Origin: Blastocystis sp. Blastoise
Taxonomy: Eukaryota > Protista > Bigyra: Opalinata
Direction of reading: 5' to 3'
Assembly: GCA_039096225.1 (NCBI GenBank)
Contig: JBBPEB010000028.1
Location: 496,001 to 560,000, forward strand
DNA length: 64,000 nt
Shown here: in pieces, positions 1 to 15,539 of the stretch
Position numbering within the stretch: the first letter of the stretch is position 1
Layout: every line of letters starts with the position of its first letter
The notes under the pieces: generated by a model
Databases searched by the model: none
Seen by the model: only the letters and a program-made list of their open reading frames with translations
Told to the model about the DNA's origin: nothing
Made by a program: the position numbers and the translations under genes

Positions 1-2340
1 ATACTATCAAAACATCAAAATTTCTATTATCAAATATTTTCTTATTAAAACATATTATTAAAATATAAAACATATTTATGACGGATACAGAGTTAAATAA
101 ATACATTAAAGCTCAAATAAATTTATAAAGAAGGAATGTGTCGGATATCAGTTTGACTTTTGTTGTTATTTAAAGGAATTATTGTGGTTTCAGAGTAGTT
201 GAGGTCAGTATCATAACAACTGAAACCATTTTAGAGTTTATAGTTAGTGATGTGTGTATTGATATGTTGTCAAGTTGTAAATATAAACAAATTTACCCGT
301 CAAAACTATTTATAAGACTAACCCGTCAATAAAAGTCAATTTTATAAAAATAAATATAGAGTATGTGAAGTGATATAGGAAAAATAAGAAAACAATAAAA
401 AATGAAAATGGAAAAATAAGTGTTTTTATAAAAATGAAAAATATTGGATAAAATAAAAATAATCCAATAATTTTGGTTAAAATTTTGTGCGAAAATGGTT
501 TTTTGCGATTTTTAGCCAGAAATTTAGAGTTTTTGAAAAATTTCTTTAACAGTCATTTTCAGAATTGTGTTCCGGATTTTATGATGTTATTTTTATTTTA
601 TAAAAGTTAATAACAAAGTCAAGAATAGTGAAAGTCTGTGAGACACCGTACGCTACATGAACTAAATTAAGGATATTAATGTTGAACTGATACTGACAAT
701 GTTTGCTTTAAAAAGTCAGTTATGAGTCATTATGAGTTGTATATGTCATAAATAAGCTTTAAATAAATAAATTTGTTTTTAATTGTCTTTAATTAGTGAA
801 ATAAGTCGTTTAAAAAAAGAAAATGTTTTTGAGACTAAAATTTATTTTGACAATTTTTCCATCAATATTTATTTTTAAAAAATAAATAAAACTTATTTAT
901 AAACTAGACAACCTATAGTATATATATTTATAAAAATTTTATCTAAATATAAAATAACTTTTGAGATAAAAAATTATATATGCAAAACATAAAAAAATTA
1001 ATTTTTGGAAAAAGGGTATACTTTATAACATTAATTTCTCAGTCAATATTTAATTATATTTAATAATTTTAATAAATTAATATAGAGAATAAAATATATT
1101 AACGATATAAATTTTAACATTTAAAATTAATTAAGAAATGAGTTCAGTAGAGTCAATAGTATAACATGTTAAAAAACTGAAAATTGAAAAATCGTTTTTC
1201 TAAAAATTTTCCGAAAGTTGACAAATCAAATTCATATTTGACAATTAATTTTTACATATTTGATAACTAGACCTTATATGTATTGCATATCTCTAAAAAA
1301 TAGTCAAAATTGAGTTTGACGAGTGTATGAGTATATGCACATGTTGACTCATAATTTTGAAAAAAGTAGTTCGATGTGTCCTAAATCACATATTAGGGCA
1401 ATTCTGAAAATATTATCACTTTATAATGAGTTTAAAGGGTAAAATAATTTTGAATTGTCTGTTTGACTGTCTTAAGTTAAGAGATTCAATACACTTTTTG
1501 TAAAAATGAGTATTAGAGTGTTTAATGTTTATAATAATTAAAGAATTGTTTGAAATAAAGGTGGTTGTGTGTTTGACCAAAATGTTAAAATGAGTCTATT
1601 TTTCTAAAATGGTTGTAATAAGTATGTATAGAGTGTTTTTAAATTGTTTTATATTAAAATCTACAATAAATAAACATTTTAAGTTGTTTAAAAATTTGAT
1701 TCTTTAGAATTACAATAGTTAAGTCAAGAGATTCAAGTCACTTTTTATAATAATAAAAAATAGAGTCATAATAGAATATAGAATATTAAAAATTAGTCTA
1801 ATTAAATGTGGTTGACTGTTTGATAGGAATGTTAAAATGGGTAAAAAGATTTTAATTGTTTCTAAAACAGTATAATACGTTTTTTTGTCACTAAATACAA
1901 AAATATTATAGTTTAAAGAATGTTTTTTGTCTTTCAAAAGAACTCATTTTTTGTAATTGTGACTTTAAATAAATGAAATTCAAGTTATTTTTTACAAATT
2001 AAAATAATAAATTAAATATATGTATATATTAGCATAAAATTAATTTTAATAAAAGTAGATATGTGTATTTCAAAATGTTAAAGTTTTTTAGAGTTTTTTT
2101 ATAATAACTTATTTATTGTATAGACTATATTTTATGTACAATAATAAACGTTTTTAAAGTATTTAAACATATTTAGTTATGAAATGTAGTGTAATCTTCG
2201 TTTTATATTTTAATTCTTAGTTTTTATTTAATTAAATGGTTGTTAATAATATTATTAAATTTGAATTTATTATGAACTATTAATTTAAAATAATGAAAAG
2301 ATATTTTTTTTACAAAATTTTTTTTATTTTTATTTAGATT

Positions 2341-2377
2341 CAAGCGTAGGCTGGCGTAGCCAGTCGTGAAACGCTTG
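2341..2377 (+). other. GC-rich nested hairpin resembling a Helitron/Helentron terminus
   Basis: CAAGCGT...ACGCTTG inverted repeat encloses the hairpin GGCTGGC-GTA-GCCAGTC and ends CTTG|T. It sits in otherwise extremely AT-rich DNA. Confidence 0.45.
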
Positions 2378-2475
2378 TAATATATAAATTTTAATCAATA
2401 TATATATTGTAATAATACTATTTAAAAATGTATATATACAAAAATATTTATGAATACCATAAATTTTTAATAAGA

Positions 2476-5400
2476 TTAGAATAAATCAATAAGAGACTAA
2501 AAACTTAAATATATATATATTCATAAATATAAATAAATAATTTAATGATATAAATATAAATAAACAATTTAGTAAAGAGAATAAAAATTTTGGAAATATA
2601 TAAAAATTAAGTATTCATAATATATATATACATAAACAGCATCATCAACAACTAAAAGATTTGATTGAATGACCCATTCAATTGGTATAACATAATCTAA
2701 TTCAAAATCATTCGGATTAGTTATTACTCCATATAATTTATTGCAAGAGAACATGAAATTTTTGAAGTGTTTACCTATAATAAATAAACTATCACATACC
2801 TTTATTATTTCCTGGACTTGTAAAACTGAAATTGCTTCTGAAGATCTAATATTCCCTTTTTCATAAAAACAAAGAAAACTACAGTCAATTTTCATTACTT
2901 CTGGCTTAAATGAAGATTCAATAAAAACATTTGTATTATATACATTCTTTAGCATCATAAATATTTGTTTTCTTATAAGTAGATTACTTTTTTCTTTGGT
3001 ATTTATATTAAAATCGTTGTTACAAAACGGAAGATTCATTATTTGATTCTCTAAACAAAATCCATAAATTACTTTGATATCATCTTCACTAATAACCATC
3101 GTCTTATGAAGATTATATTTCCATTCTAATGAAAAGTTTGCATTTTTATTATTCTGATTTCGTTTTGTTAAATTGGTTACAGACTTGTGTTGGTATGCAA
3201 ATTCTGAAAGAATTAATTTGTTCATTAATGATGTGCAAGTATATCTTCTATTTAAAAGAAATCTCCTCATCATAGAATATGAACGTTCATACGAGGATGT
3301 AGAATATAATCTAAGACTGCCTAAATTCTGAATATTCTGTGGAATATGAAGTAAAGAATGCAATTGTGTATTAAAGAGTATTGAGGGAAGAGTTACCTCG
3401 AGATATAAGACTATTTTTGTTGCCTCCATTTTCAATATATTAATTTCTTCTTGTGTGTATTCTGTACGAATTGTAAGTGTTTTGTTAATAAAAGAAGCCA
3501 AAAAGAAAACAACTGGAATAAGAAGACAATCATTTTCAGAGTATCCTTCTAATAACAGAGGTATTACTTTACAGAAAAAAAATATTCTATTATAAATAGA
3601 AGATGAATAGTAATCTATTTCATTGATCATATATGAATACGATCCAATAGGAGATTTTTTGATTCTATTTATTTTACCAATTATATTATACATCGTAGAA
3701 AGAATATTTTCATTTAGAAATAGAGGAATACTATTATATATTTCTTGTTTAGTTAAACCAGATTTAATTTTATAAAATTTAACTAATGAATCCATTATGA
3801 TTTTGTTATCAACTACTTTCTTATGATGGAATAGTATCTGAATTAAAGTATCACAAATATTACCATATAAATGCATCCAGTCTAACGGCATACTATTGAA
3901 TATACTATAGTAGCTCAGATACTTTTCATATAATGACTCAACTGGAGACAGACCAAAGGAACCAATGTTTCTATCTTTTTTTATGTCTATTTCATTTCTT
4001 ATTTCAATATCAATTGAATCGAAAAAATCTGGTTGTACATATTCCTTTTTTATAGTAATTGGCTTATCTAATATAATCTTGATATTAGAAGATAACGATT
4101 CTTTGGAAAGTTTCTTTTCTTCTTTTGAACATGAATACATTATAGGAAGAGATTTATTAACCATAAACGATCTTTTATCTGAATTAACTGAAGAAAAACA
4201 TGTTTTGATTCCATTCTTTGTTCTTGCCTCCTTTCTTACTTTACAATATCTGCAGAAGAAACTGCCTACTTGATTATTCATATGAATTTGTTTTGCAGCT
4301 TCAGGAAAATCGCAGCAACTACATAATAGGATGGCTTTAGCAGTGACATATTTATTTTGATTTTTATCATAGAATTTAATACCATTCTCGTAAAGATACT
4401 TGAATTCCTTGAGTAAATACTCCATAATAACTTCATTAATAGCTGATTGAGTAACAGAATAAAAGTAATGACTTTTAGAATCTAAACATTGTTCTAAGGA
4501 ATTATTTAACAGTAATAACGATATAGGAGTTGTGGATTTATTTTCTGGATTTTTTGAGTGATTATAGAGAGCTACACCATCAACAGACATGGTAAAAGTA
4601 AAAACATAGTCACATGTTTTTAAAATAGGTGAAACATAAGAAGAAAAAAGTTCCGAATAAAATAAGGGATTGATATGATGATTATTAGGGATTCTTTTTG
4701 TTTCTAGGTAGGACAATATTTCTGTAGATTTTATGAAAGATAATTCTTGCATTTGTTTTTCGTCTGATAATAATGAAATAATTCTATAACACAGTGGATA
4801 CATAATTACTTTCTGAATAGTACTATCTATATATAGTGTTGAATATTAACTAAAGAATATAATATTGAATAATTATATATAAAAGCTAATAACAATTGCT
4901 TTATTATTTATTATATTAAAAAAATAAAAAAGATATATATTTATATACCTGTTCCACATAAACACTTGTTGTATTCCTTAGATAAGCGCGGCTCAAGATG
5001 GCCAATATCGAATTGAATAACCTTTTGGCATTTTTGACATATAAACAGTGTAGCTCTATTTTTATAATTATCCATGTATTTTCTTTTCATTTTTCTTAAC
5101 ATTTTTTTACCATTTTCTTCCAAAGTAATATTATTTAAATTGATTATACCATCTTCTTGACATTCTTTAAGAAACAAAATCATGTTTTCTATTTGTGATT
5201 CTGTCATTGAATTCTCATGAATAAGATTCATTAATCGTATGAAAAACCTCTTATTTTTGCTATCATTTTGAACTTCATCATTCTAAATAGTTTATTTATC
5301 AACAAATATGAATGTATATACATTTTGTTTTTGTTCAATGGAATTCAATAAACAATTTATATAACTATCTATATAAAAAGAAGATAATCATGAGTCAATA

Positions 5401-5571
5401 TAAATATATACCTTCTGAAATCTGACAAGTTTCCGTAAATAATATATCATCTATTTGTAATATTTCGTTATCATTTGATATCGTATCAATTCTTGTTGAT
5501 CCATTTTGAATATGTTTGTGACTTTTTTTATTTGATCTTTTCTCTCTGATTGTTAGCTTAGAAGGACGCAT
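2476..5571 (-). CDS. CACTA/En-Spm type DDE transposase (Transposase_21/Tnp2-like), spliced
   Basis: ATG at 5571 and three GT-AG introns join in frame to ORFs 4941-5231 and 2569-4803. Motifs: N-terminal CxxC..CxC, SVDG (D1), CCDFPE (D2), FCRYC, PLDWMH, LHSLLH and SYER (E). The 3' end is either the stop at 2569 or a short spliced exon ending near 2476. Confidence 0.85.
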
Positions 5572-5746
5572 GATTTTAATTTTCTTTTACAAACAATAGT
5601 GATCAATACCGTATATCCTAGAAAATCTAAAAATAAATATTTTAAAAATAACCATAGAAAACAAAAATTAAGATTTTATTTGTATATACGTTTATACATA
5701 CAATTCAGGATCTATATTTCGTTACTATTTCTCTATAGCCAACTCT

Positions 5747-6373
5747 ATGAGCGATATTGATTCATCATCCTCTTCTTCATCATCAGATGAATTAATTTTA
5801 AGCAAAAATACAGTGTTGAACAAAATTACATCAGCAAAAGCATCGAAGCAGAAACTAGATAAAAGCAGTAATAGGAATATATTCAAAAAGATAAACGTAT
5901 ATTTTGTTAAAATCTATTTTATTATACCTAGAAGTATCAGAGACGATATCAAAAATACTCAAGCCGTTTAGACAATAATAATATCTATGATAGAAGAATA
6001 CTTGAGCAACAAATTGGTCTGACAAGTGAATCGGTTCTGAATGAGATGAAAAGAATTATCGATGTTATTTCTAATCTACATAAAAAGCAAGAATATACAT
6101 GTATTTTATTTTAATACATACTACTTTTATGTGTAAATTATATTCTTTTATATTTTACGTGTTTTATATTTGTACAATTTTTTATTATTATTATATATAT
6201 ATTTTTTTTAAATTAATGCATTTATGTTTGTGTTGTATTTTCATGCTTTATCATATTTATGAGTGTTTCTATTTTCCACTTTCTGTTAATTTCTATAATA
6301 ATACTAATAATAATACTAATAATAATACTAATGATAATAATATATAATAATAATAATAATATATAATAATAAT

Positions 6374-6433
<60 letters not shown>

Positions 6434-6910
6434 CACTTTAGGGGATCCAACATTACCTATATCGCTTTTTCAAAAAATCAATCGTTTCTGTAATGATCAA
6501 CTTGGTCTAAGGGATTTGCCAATATTAGATGGTCAACCACAAAAGAATTATATAATAGTATAATATATATAATAGTTTATTTTTGTTTATAATTATTTTT
6601 TTGTTTTTATTTATGATTATAGAATAATTTCCTTACTTATTTATCAACAAATAAAAATAAAATGAATACATACGTATCTATAATTAAAGGCACAGAGGAT
6701 GTATTAACAATTTCTGATGATGATGAATTTAATAGCTTTTTAAATGAATTCTGTAAATCAACAGTTAAGAGCATTGATACAATCCCTGATTACTTATATG
6801 TATCAGAAATTATATTGAATGATACAAAAACAAAAATCATTAAGTATAAAAATAATGAAGATATTTTTAGTAATGAAGAAAAATTATTTATGTTTAACCT
6901 TTTTATTTAA
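5747..6910 (+). CDS. Hypothetical protein (4 exons) divergent from the transposase; possible transposon accessory protein
   Basis: GT-AG introns join MSDIDSSS.., KYQRRYQKY.., WDPTLPISLF.. and NNFLTYL..MNTYVSII.. in frame to TAA at 6910. No family recognised. Confidence 0.6.
6378..6431. repeat. (TA)n microsatellite in an intron
   Basis: Perfect TA run preceded by AAT repeats. Confidence 0.95.
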
Positions 6911-8326
6911 TCGATTTGTTATGATATCTATCTGATTCATTTCTGATTAAAATCTATTATATATAAATTTATATATCATATTAACTCTTTTTTATTTCTA
7001 TTTTGTTTTATATTTTTGTTTTATTTATAATTCTAATTTTGTGTCAATATTATTGTATCAATTTCTTTATTTCTTTATTAAATTGTATAATAGTCATAAT
7101 GATCATAATAGATCTAAAAAAGCATGAAGTAAATTCAAGTACAACTAAGAATTTCAGCTAAATTAAAAAAATAATAAAGTACTTTTGTTTTATTTCTTAC
7201 TACTAATGATTATTATCATATAATACTATTCAAATAACAAGAATTGTACCATAAAACAACAGAATTCAAAATGTAAAATCATAATGTGTCTAAAAAATAA
7301 TGCTATTTATAGTTCATGAGTTAGTATATACCATTTCATAAGCATATTTATAATTCTATATATGTTTTAAAAGCCACTTTTAAAATCAAGTTTTAGAAAG
7401 TGATAACCTGGATTCATAAACATTATTTCTTTCTCACAAACCATGTATTCATGTATAATAATCGACAATATGATCAATATCTAAGTATAAAATGAAAAAA
7501 CATTTAACTTGAAGAAAATTGTACTTTAAGAACTTTTCTCGAGTTAATCAGACAACATTTAATTTTTTCAGCATTTTTTGTTTCTCGAAAAAAAACGAGA
7601 ATTTCTCAGAAAAATTTTATGTAAATACCGTGAATGCCCTGTTTATGCTATTGACAGGCAAAAGAAAACAGTATATTTTGGGTCAAATACACGAATATTG
7701 CGTGTAACTTTTTCTTGTCATTTTTTAAAATATCATTTTTACTTATTTCTTTAATGTTTATATTTAAGAATACATTCTTTTTAACCATTAATAATACAGT
7801 AAAACTATCTCTAGAAAAAACTGCCTTTACTCCATTATCAGTGAATCGCGACTAGTGAGGAAATCAGTTGTTATTTGACGTAGACATGCGTATAGAGCTT
7901 TAATATTAGATATGTGAATTAAAAGACTCATCTCTTATTATATCACGACATAATTACGATCTTTCTCAAAATTAGTTATTTAGAGTTTTGAATATGACTT
8001 TCATGTCAAATACTATGCCCTAAACACACACATAATCTCTTATTAAAATAAAATCACATATTGATGGTAAACCATGGTCAAATATAAATGCTCTTTGTTC
8101 AAGTTTCATTTTTGAACCGAGAAATTCAGAGTCCTCAGGTTGTCTGGCGGGAAAACTGTTTACGAGTTTAGGCCTAACCATTTTTGATAAAAAAACTTGA
8201 GTCATTTTACTCTCTCTCTCACGGGGAAATATCAAGAAAAAAAGCAAAACGACAGTAGTGTATGTGTTTTTCAACAAATTGCTATTTAGTTTTAATTAGA
8301 AAGGTTTATATTAGCGATCCTTGGTG

Positions 8327-10049
<1,723 letters not shown>

Positions 10050-10784
10050 GTTGCTTTATTTCATTATTTCATTATAATATATATGATTTATCTGCAATTA
10101 TTTCTTTTTTTTTTAATATTTATCTTATTTCGTACGTTACATCTATAATCTATTGTAAAAGTGCTCCTATGTCATGAAATATTTGTAGTTAAGTCTATCC
10201 TTCAATTCATTTTCAAATTTGACGGTTTTTTAACAAAAACTTAAAATTCTGTTTGTTTTTTGTGTGCATAAAGTAAAATTTATATGTATACACCCACGAA
10301 TAACCTTATTCAATACATATTATATATATCTTATTAAAAACAATTGTATTTTCGCCATCAACAATGACATTTTTCTAAATTGATAGCACATCAAGTATTT
10401 TTTCGATTGCGTAAAACATCAAATTTTTAGAAAGAATAATTTATAAGCTTTTCACAATTAAAAGCAGAAAGTTGACCTTATTCCACCAACTCAAGTATTA
10501 TTAAAACAGTTAAATAATAAATGATTCTATTGACAACATAATCTATGACACTATATTCAAACATAATATACAAAAATATATTAAAAAGCCCATTTAGAAT
10601 ACAAAAAAAAACATTCGATAAAAAATAAATTTATGTTTTGTAGAAAATAGCGGGAATTCTTGACAAATGAATGAAGAAATAAGAAACGGAATATATAGTT
10701 TGATAGAATAGAAATAAATATTTTTCGAAGAAATCCAATATTCTCATTAACTGATAATAGTTAAGAATTATATATAGAAAAATC

Positions 10785-11780
10785 ATGTCACGAAGTTTTG
10801 CTCGTATCCGATTGATGAAAGAGCTTGAAGAGATGTCAAGTGATCCACCTGCTGTATATAGATATAAACTAAAAATAACTCTATGGATACCATGAATATT
10901 CCATAGGGATGTAGTGCGTCACCTGTTGATGAAGATAATATCTTGATTTGGGATGCCACGATCACTGGACCAGACGACTCTCCTTGGGAAGGTATCGATA
11001 TTTATTTATCTGTTTATAGAGAAGAAGATATATATATATATTTCTTTTTACAAAAACATATATATATACATATAATAAATATTTCAGAATTGTTTATATT
11101 GTTTAATATTTAGGTGGTATCTATGTAATGAGACTTCGATTTAACGATAATTATCCTGATCAGCCACCTTATATACGTTTTACAACTCCTATGTATCATC
11201 CAAATAGTATATTAAATGAATAATAATATATATATATATATATATTTTATTATTTATAAATTATATTATAAAAATATATAAAATATTATCATTATAGTAT
11301 TCAGTGATGGATCTATTTGTCTTGATATTATTCGTGATAAATGGCAACCTATATATACTGTGAATTCTATATTAACATCTATTATGGTATACATATATTA
11401 TTATGTTTGTTATTTTTTTATAATGTTTATTATTATTATTATGTTTATTATTATGTTTATTATTATTATGTTTATTATTATTATTATGTTTATTATTATG
11501 TTTATTATTATTATTATTATATAGTCTTTATTAACAGATCCAAATCCAGCAAGTCCTGCAAATCCTGAAGCTGCTAATTTATATATTATTATTATTTTAA
11601 ATTTATATTATAATTTTGTTTATTATATAATATAACATATATATAACTATTATGAAATTTATATTTAATAACAATATCTATATCTAGTTATATTTACATA
11701 ATCCAAAAGAGTATCGACGTAGAGTGCGTCAATGTGCTGAACAATCTATAGAACTTGCTTGTAAAACAAGTTATGAATAA
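10785..11780 (+). CDS. UBC2: Ubiquitin-conjugating enzyme E2, RAD6/UBC2-like
   Basis: Spliced product: [110 protein letters not shown] motif and catalytic Cys present. Confidence 0.92.
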
Positions 11781-12364
11781 ATTACTCTGTTTTTATCTAT
11801 AAAAAGCGATATTTATGAATTATTTATTATCTTTTAATTACTCATTTTTTTTCACTTTTTTTATTATTCATCTTTTTTATTTTGTTATATATATAATTTT
11901 TATAAATAAAAGCAAATTGTTGTCATTAATAATGGAATAATAATTATTTTGCAACCATAGCAAATTCTTGAATATAAATATATATTCACAAAACATAGAA
12001 TAGAATTCTATATTATAAAAAAAAGAGAAAAGTATTATTGTGATTCATAACAATATGTATTATAGTCAATTAAAATAAATAAAACATAAGCCATGCTTAA
12101 TAATAATATACTCTATTATTGGAGTTATAAAGAAATAAATATCCATTTTAAGAAATATATTTTTTTAATATTTTTATTATAGAATAAATATATATATATA
12201 TATATATTATAATAATAAAAAGGAATAAAGATAGGTATTAAAATATATTTTATTAAATATAAATAATGAATAGAACATATGAATAACAGAATTACACAAA
12301 AAGAAAATAATTTGTGAAAAAAAATGTAAATAATATATGTTTAAAAAAATGAATCAATATTTGA

Positions 12365-14363
12365 TTAGCATTGATTATTTAGTTTATATTTATAATAACA
12401 CGTTAATAACTTAAATTCATTTCTAACTTTCTTCATATAATCTTCTCTACTATTTTCAATTAATTCATATCCTTTATCTTTTTGTTTAATCTATATATAT
12501 AAGATGTTATACTATGTAAAAGAATATAATAAGTATAATAATAATGATATGTAATAAACTTAATATATCTAATAATGATAATGATATATATATATATATA
12601 TATACAGCATAATTAGCCATATTAATATCACATAATCCTGCTCTATCTTTAGAAGTAAAATATCGACCATTATATAACTTATCGGGTCCTCGTTGAACAT
12701 TCTTATAATGCTCCGTTCCAGACATATGTATAGAGAGAGCTATTTATAGTATATAATAAAGAATAAAGAATAATATAGTATATAATACATATATAATAAA
12801 AATATATATATAATAATACTGCTTGGAGTAATATCAACTGTATCAATATCATCACTTCTAAAATTAGCATAATCTATAATATAGCCATCAATATAAAATC
12901 TACCAATGACAGCATCCTCAAATAAATGATTTGTAAATGTATATTTTGTAGCAATAAATACATCCTATATAGAATAATAATATATTTACATATATACATA
13001 TAGAATAAGAAATCTATATATATTTATATAGAATAAAAACTATATATATTTATATAGAATAAGAAATATATAGAAAAATAAAAAACAATTAATAATAATA
13101 ATAATAAAAATGTACAATAGCTTTTGATTCAGCATATGTTGACTCGTGATACGCTTGATTTAATATATTAATATATTCATTATTATTATTAAATGTTTTA
13201 TTATAGAAGAATGTATCCACAATATTCGATCTTGTAGTAACTATAATAACTTCTGATTTCAATTGTTTCTTATATATAGATTCTAATGTATTTAATAAGA
13301 CATCTTCAAAGTTTAAACTTAATAATATATCCCCATTTAAATATCCATAAAACCATGCATCATATTCTGATTCTAATGTCGCTATAATAGACTTTAAAGA
13401 AGGAACTTTAAAGGGATTCGCTTTATCTGTATATATATATATAGTTTATTTAAATAATATATATAAAATATATAATATAAATAATGAATATATTCAACTT
13501 AATATGCTCTTCATTCAATAATTTATAAAAATAAAATAAATATCTATATATATATAAATATACAATTGGTACTATAGGTAATATTTCTTTGAATACATTC
13601 CTTAATAACAAGATTACTATTTGTAAAAACAACAAATTTAATATGAGTATATTTACTAAATATTATTATACTATCCATAAAATAACGTTGAATGAAATTA
13701 CGAGAATTCTCATCCTATAATAATAATAATTATTATTATTATTAAAAAGTAATCATAAAAAAAAAAATAATAATAATAATAATAATAATAAAATAATAAA
13801 AAAATAAATAAATAAAAGCAAAATAATAATATTAAAATAATATAAATATATAAATAAAACAATAATAGGACAATAAAAACAAAATAACAATAAAACAATA
13901 CAGTAATCACAAATGTAGTTCCTAATACAGCAGTATATCGTTTTCTATTTATCTGAGGATTATAATAATAATCAAATAATAATTGTTTTTCAGTATCGAG
14001 AAGAGATGAATTACAAAATGAAGATTCAAGATTTACCTTACATCTTTTTACATCTACTATAAAACATTATATATAATTACTTAGTATACTATAATATATA
14101 CGTAATTCATTTCTATATAACACTTTCCTATTATCTATATCTTTTTTGGCAATCTTATACCTCTTTGCAATATCAATAGTTGTTAGTGAACTACTGCGTT
14201 CAACTGATTTAGAATAGAGGACAGTTGGAGTGGAAGTCTTCGTTACCGATAAATCAAGTCTTGTATTGAAAAATATAAACAAATTCATCATCCATAACAC
14301 AATTGATACATAAACAAGAAGTAATGAAACAGGAAAAGCTCTTTCGAATAATGAACAATACAT
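12365..14363 (-). CDS. Type II membrane protein, possibly glycosyltransferase-like
   Basis: N-terminal TM anchor followed by in-frame spliced exons containing 'NPFKVP', 'FYGYLNGDIIL' and 'AVIGRFYIDGY'. Family assignment is tentative. Confidence 0.55.
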
Positions 14364-14962
14364 CTACTTGTTTCTTTTTTTACAAATACTTCAAGGTTAA
14401 GCTTTAAATGAATATCAAAAGTAATGATAGTTTTGAAGAAAATAGGTCAAATTTCTTATATAGAAAATTGTCAGTTTCTAGGAATTTCTTTCAAAATATA
14501 TATATGTTTTTCATGATATTTAATGATATATATTTTAGAGTCATATTTTATGTATGATTCACGAATAGCACAGTATCATCAATCATAAATCATCATATTA
14601 TAAATGAATTTTATAAAATAATTACTGTGTCATTATAAAATGGTTCTTCTTTAATCAATAATAATATTCATAATATTATGGCAGCATATGTTTGTTTCAA
14701 ATTAATTTATATTAAACAAAGTATATGCTACAGAACAGATTCATTGATGAATAGACAAATAGAAAAGAAATTTCTTTTGCAGTTTCTCAGAAAATTCTGT
14801 TCTTTGCTGAAAAGGAAAAGTTTTTTTTTGGTTTTTTGAGATATTCGTGGGGAATTCACTTCCATCATTTTTCCCTTTTTTCATAAGAATTTGTTCTTTT
14901 TATAATTTAAAGAAAAGACCATACAAGCGTCTATTATTGGGTATTCTATAAGCTAATAAGTA

Positions 14963-15539
14963 ATGTCTACAATAACAGAGATTAAGGATGATATTCATGT
15001 TGAAAATAAGCCTAAAGAGTCTACTTCCGGATTTTCTCAAGCTATGATCAGCATCAAAAATAGCCCTCTAATAAAAAAGTTATCTTCATTTCTGAATCGT
15101 TTCTTCCCCAAAAATATCAAAGTATCTATTTTTTACATTTCTTTTTATTTTTTTATCATTTGCAATCTATAATTGAATTTACACATTAAATAATATTACA
15201 GGTATCAAATGTATTGAAAGCTGTCGTGTCTGCTGGTATCACATGTGCAATTATTGTTGGTTTCCCCCTTTTTTATGAAGTATATATATTTAGTAATATT
15301 TTTTTTTATAATTATTTTTTGTATAATTTATATATAAATTTATATTTAGTAATATTTTGATTCATAATATTCTTTATAATCGATATATATATTTATTAAT
15401 ATTTTTTACTGATTATATTCTTTATAATTGATATATATAGGTAAATTATGATATTTTTATGAAAGATATACGTGAACAACAAATAGATGCTTTAAAAGGA
15501 AAAGGTTATACTCCTCAACAAATTCATTCTTTATATTAA
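14963..15539 (+). CDS. TOM22: Tom22/Tom9-like mitochondrial (MRO) outer membrane translocase subunit
   Basis: Three exons, about 110 aa, one TM segment 'VVSAGITCAIIVGFPLFYEVNYD' with the Thr..Pro-x-x-x-Glu pattern of Tom22 TM domains and a short C-terminal tail. Confidence 0.5.

Larger units (their letters stand above)
1..8260. mobile_element. CACTA (En/Spm, CMC superfamily) DNA transposon; right terminus at 8260, left terminus not found in the window
   Basis: TAGTG at 8256-8260 (CACTA on the minus strand) begins a ~115-bp segment collinear with a second CACTA-initiated segment at 58461. The interval contains a Tnp2-like transposase. The left boundary is not defined. Confidence 0.7.

Noticed and set aside
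1889-1893. CACTA pentamer as the left end of the transposase-bearing element
   Set aside because: It is not followed by the conserved 115-bp terminal motif and its flank does not match the TAT target duplication.
3965-4273. Antisense ORFs over real genes (also 28850-29212, 43344-43541 and 57418-57624)
   Set aside because: They are shadow ORFs on the opposite strand of well-supported coding exons.
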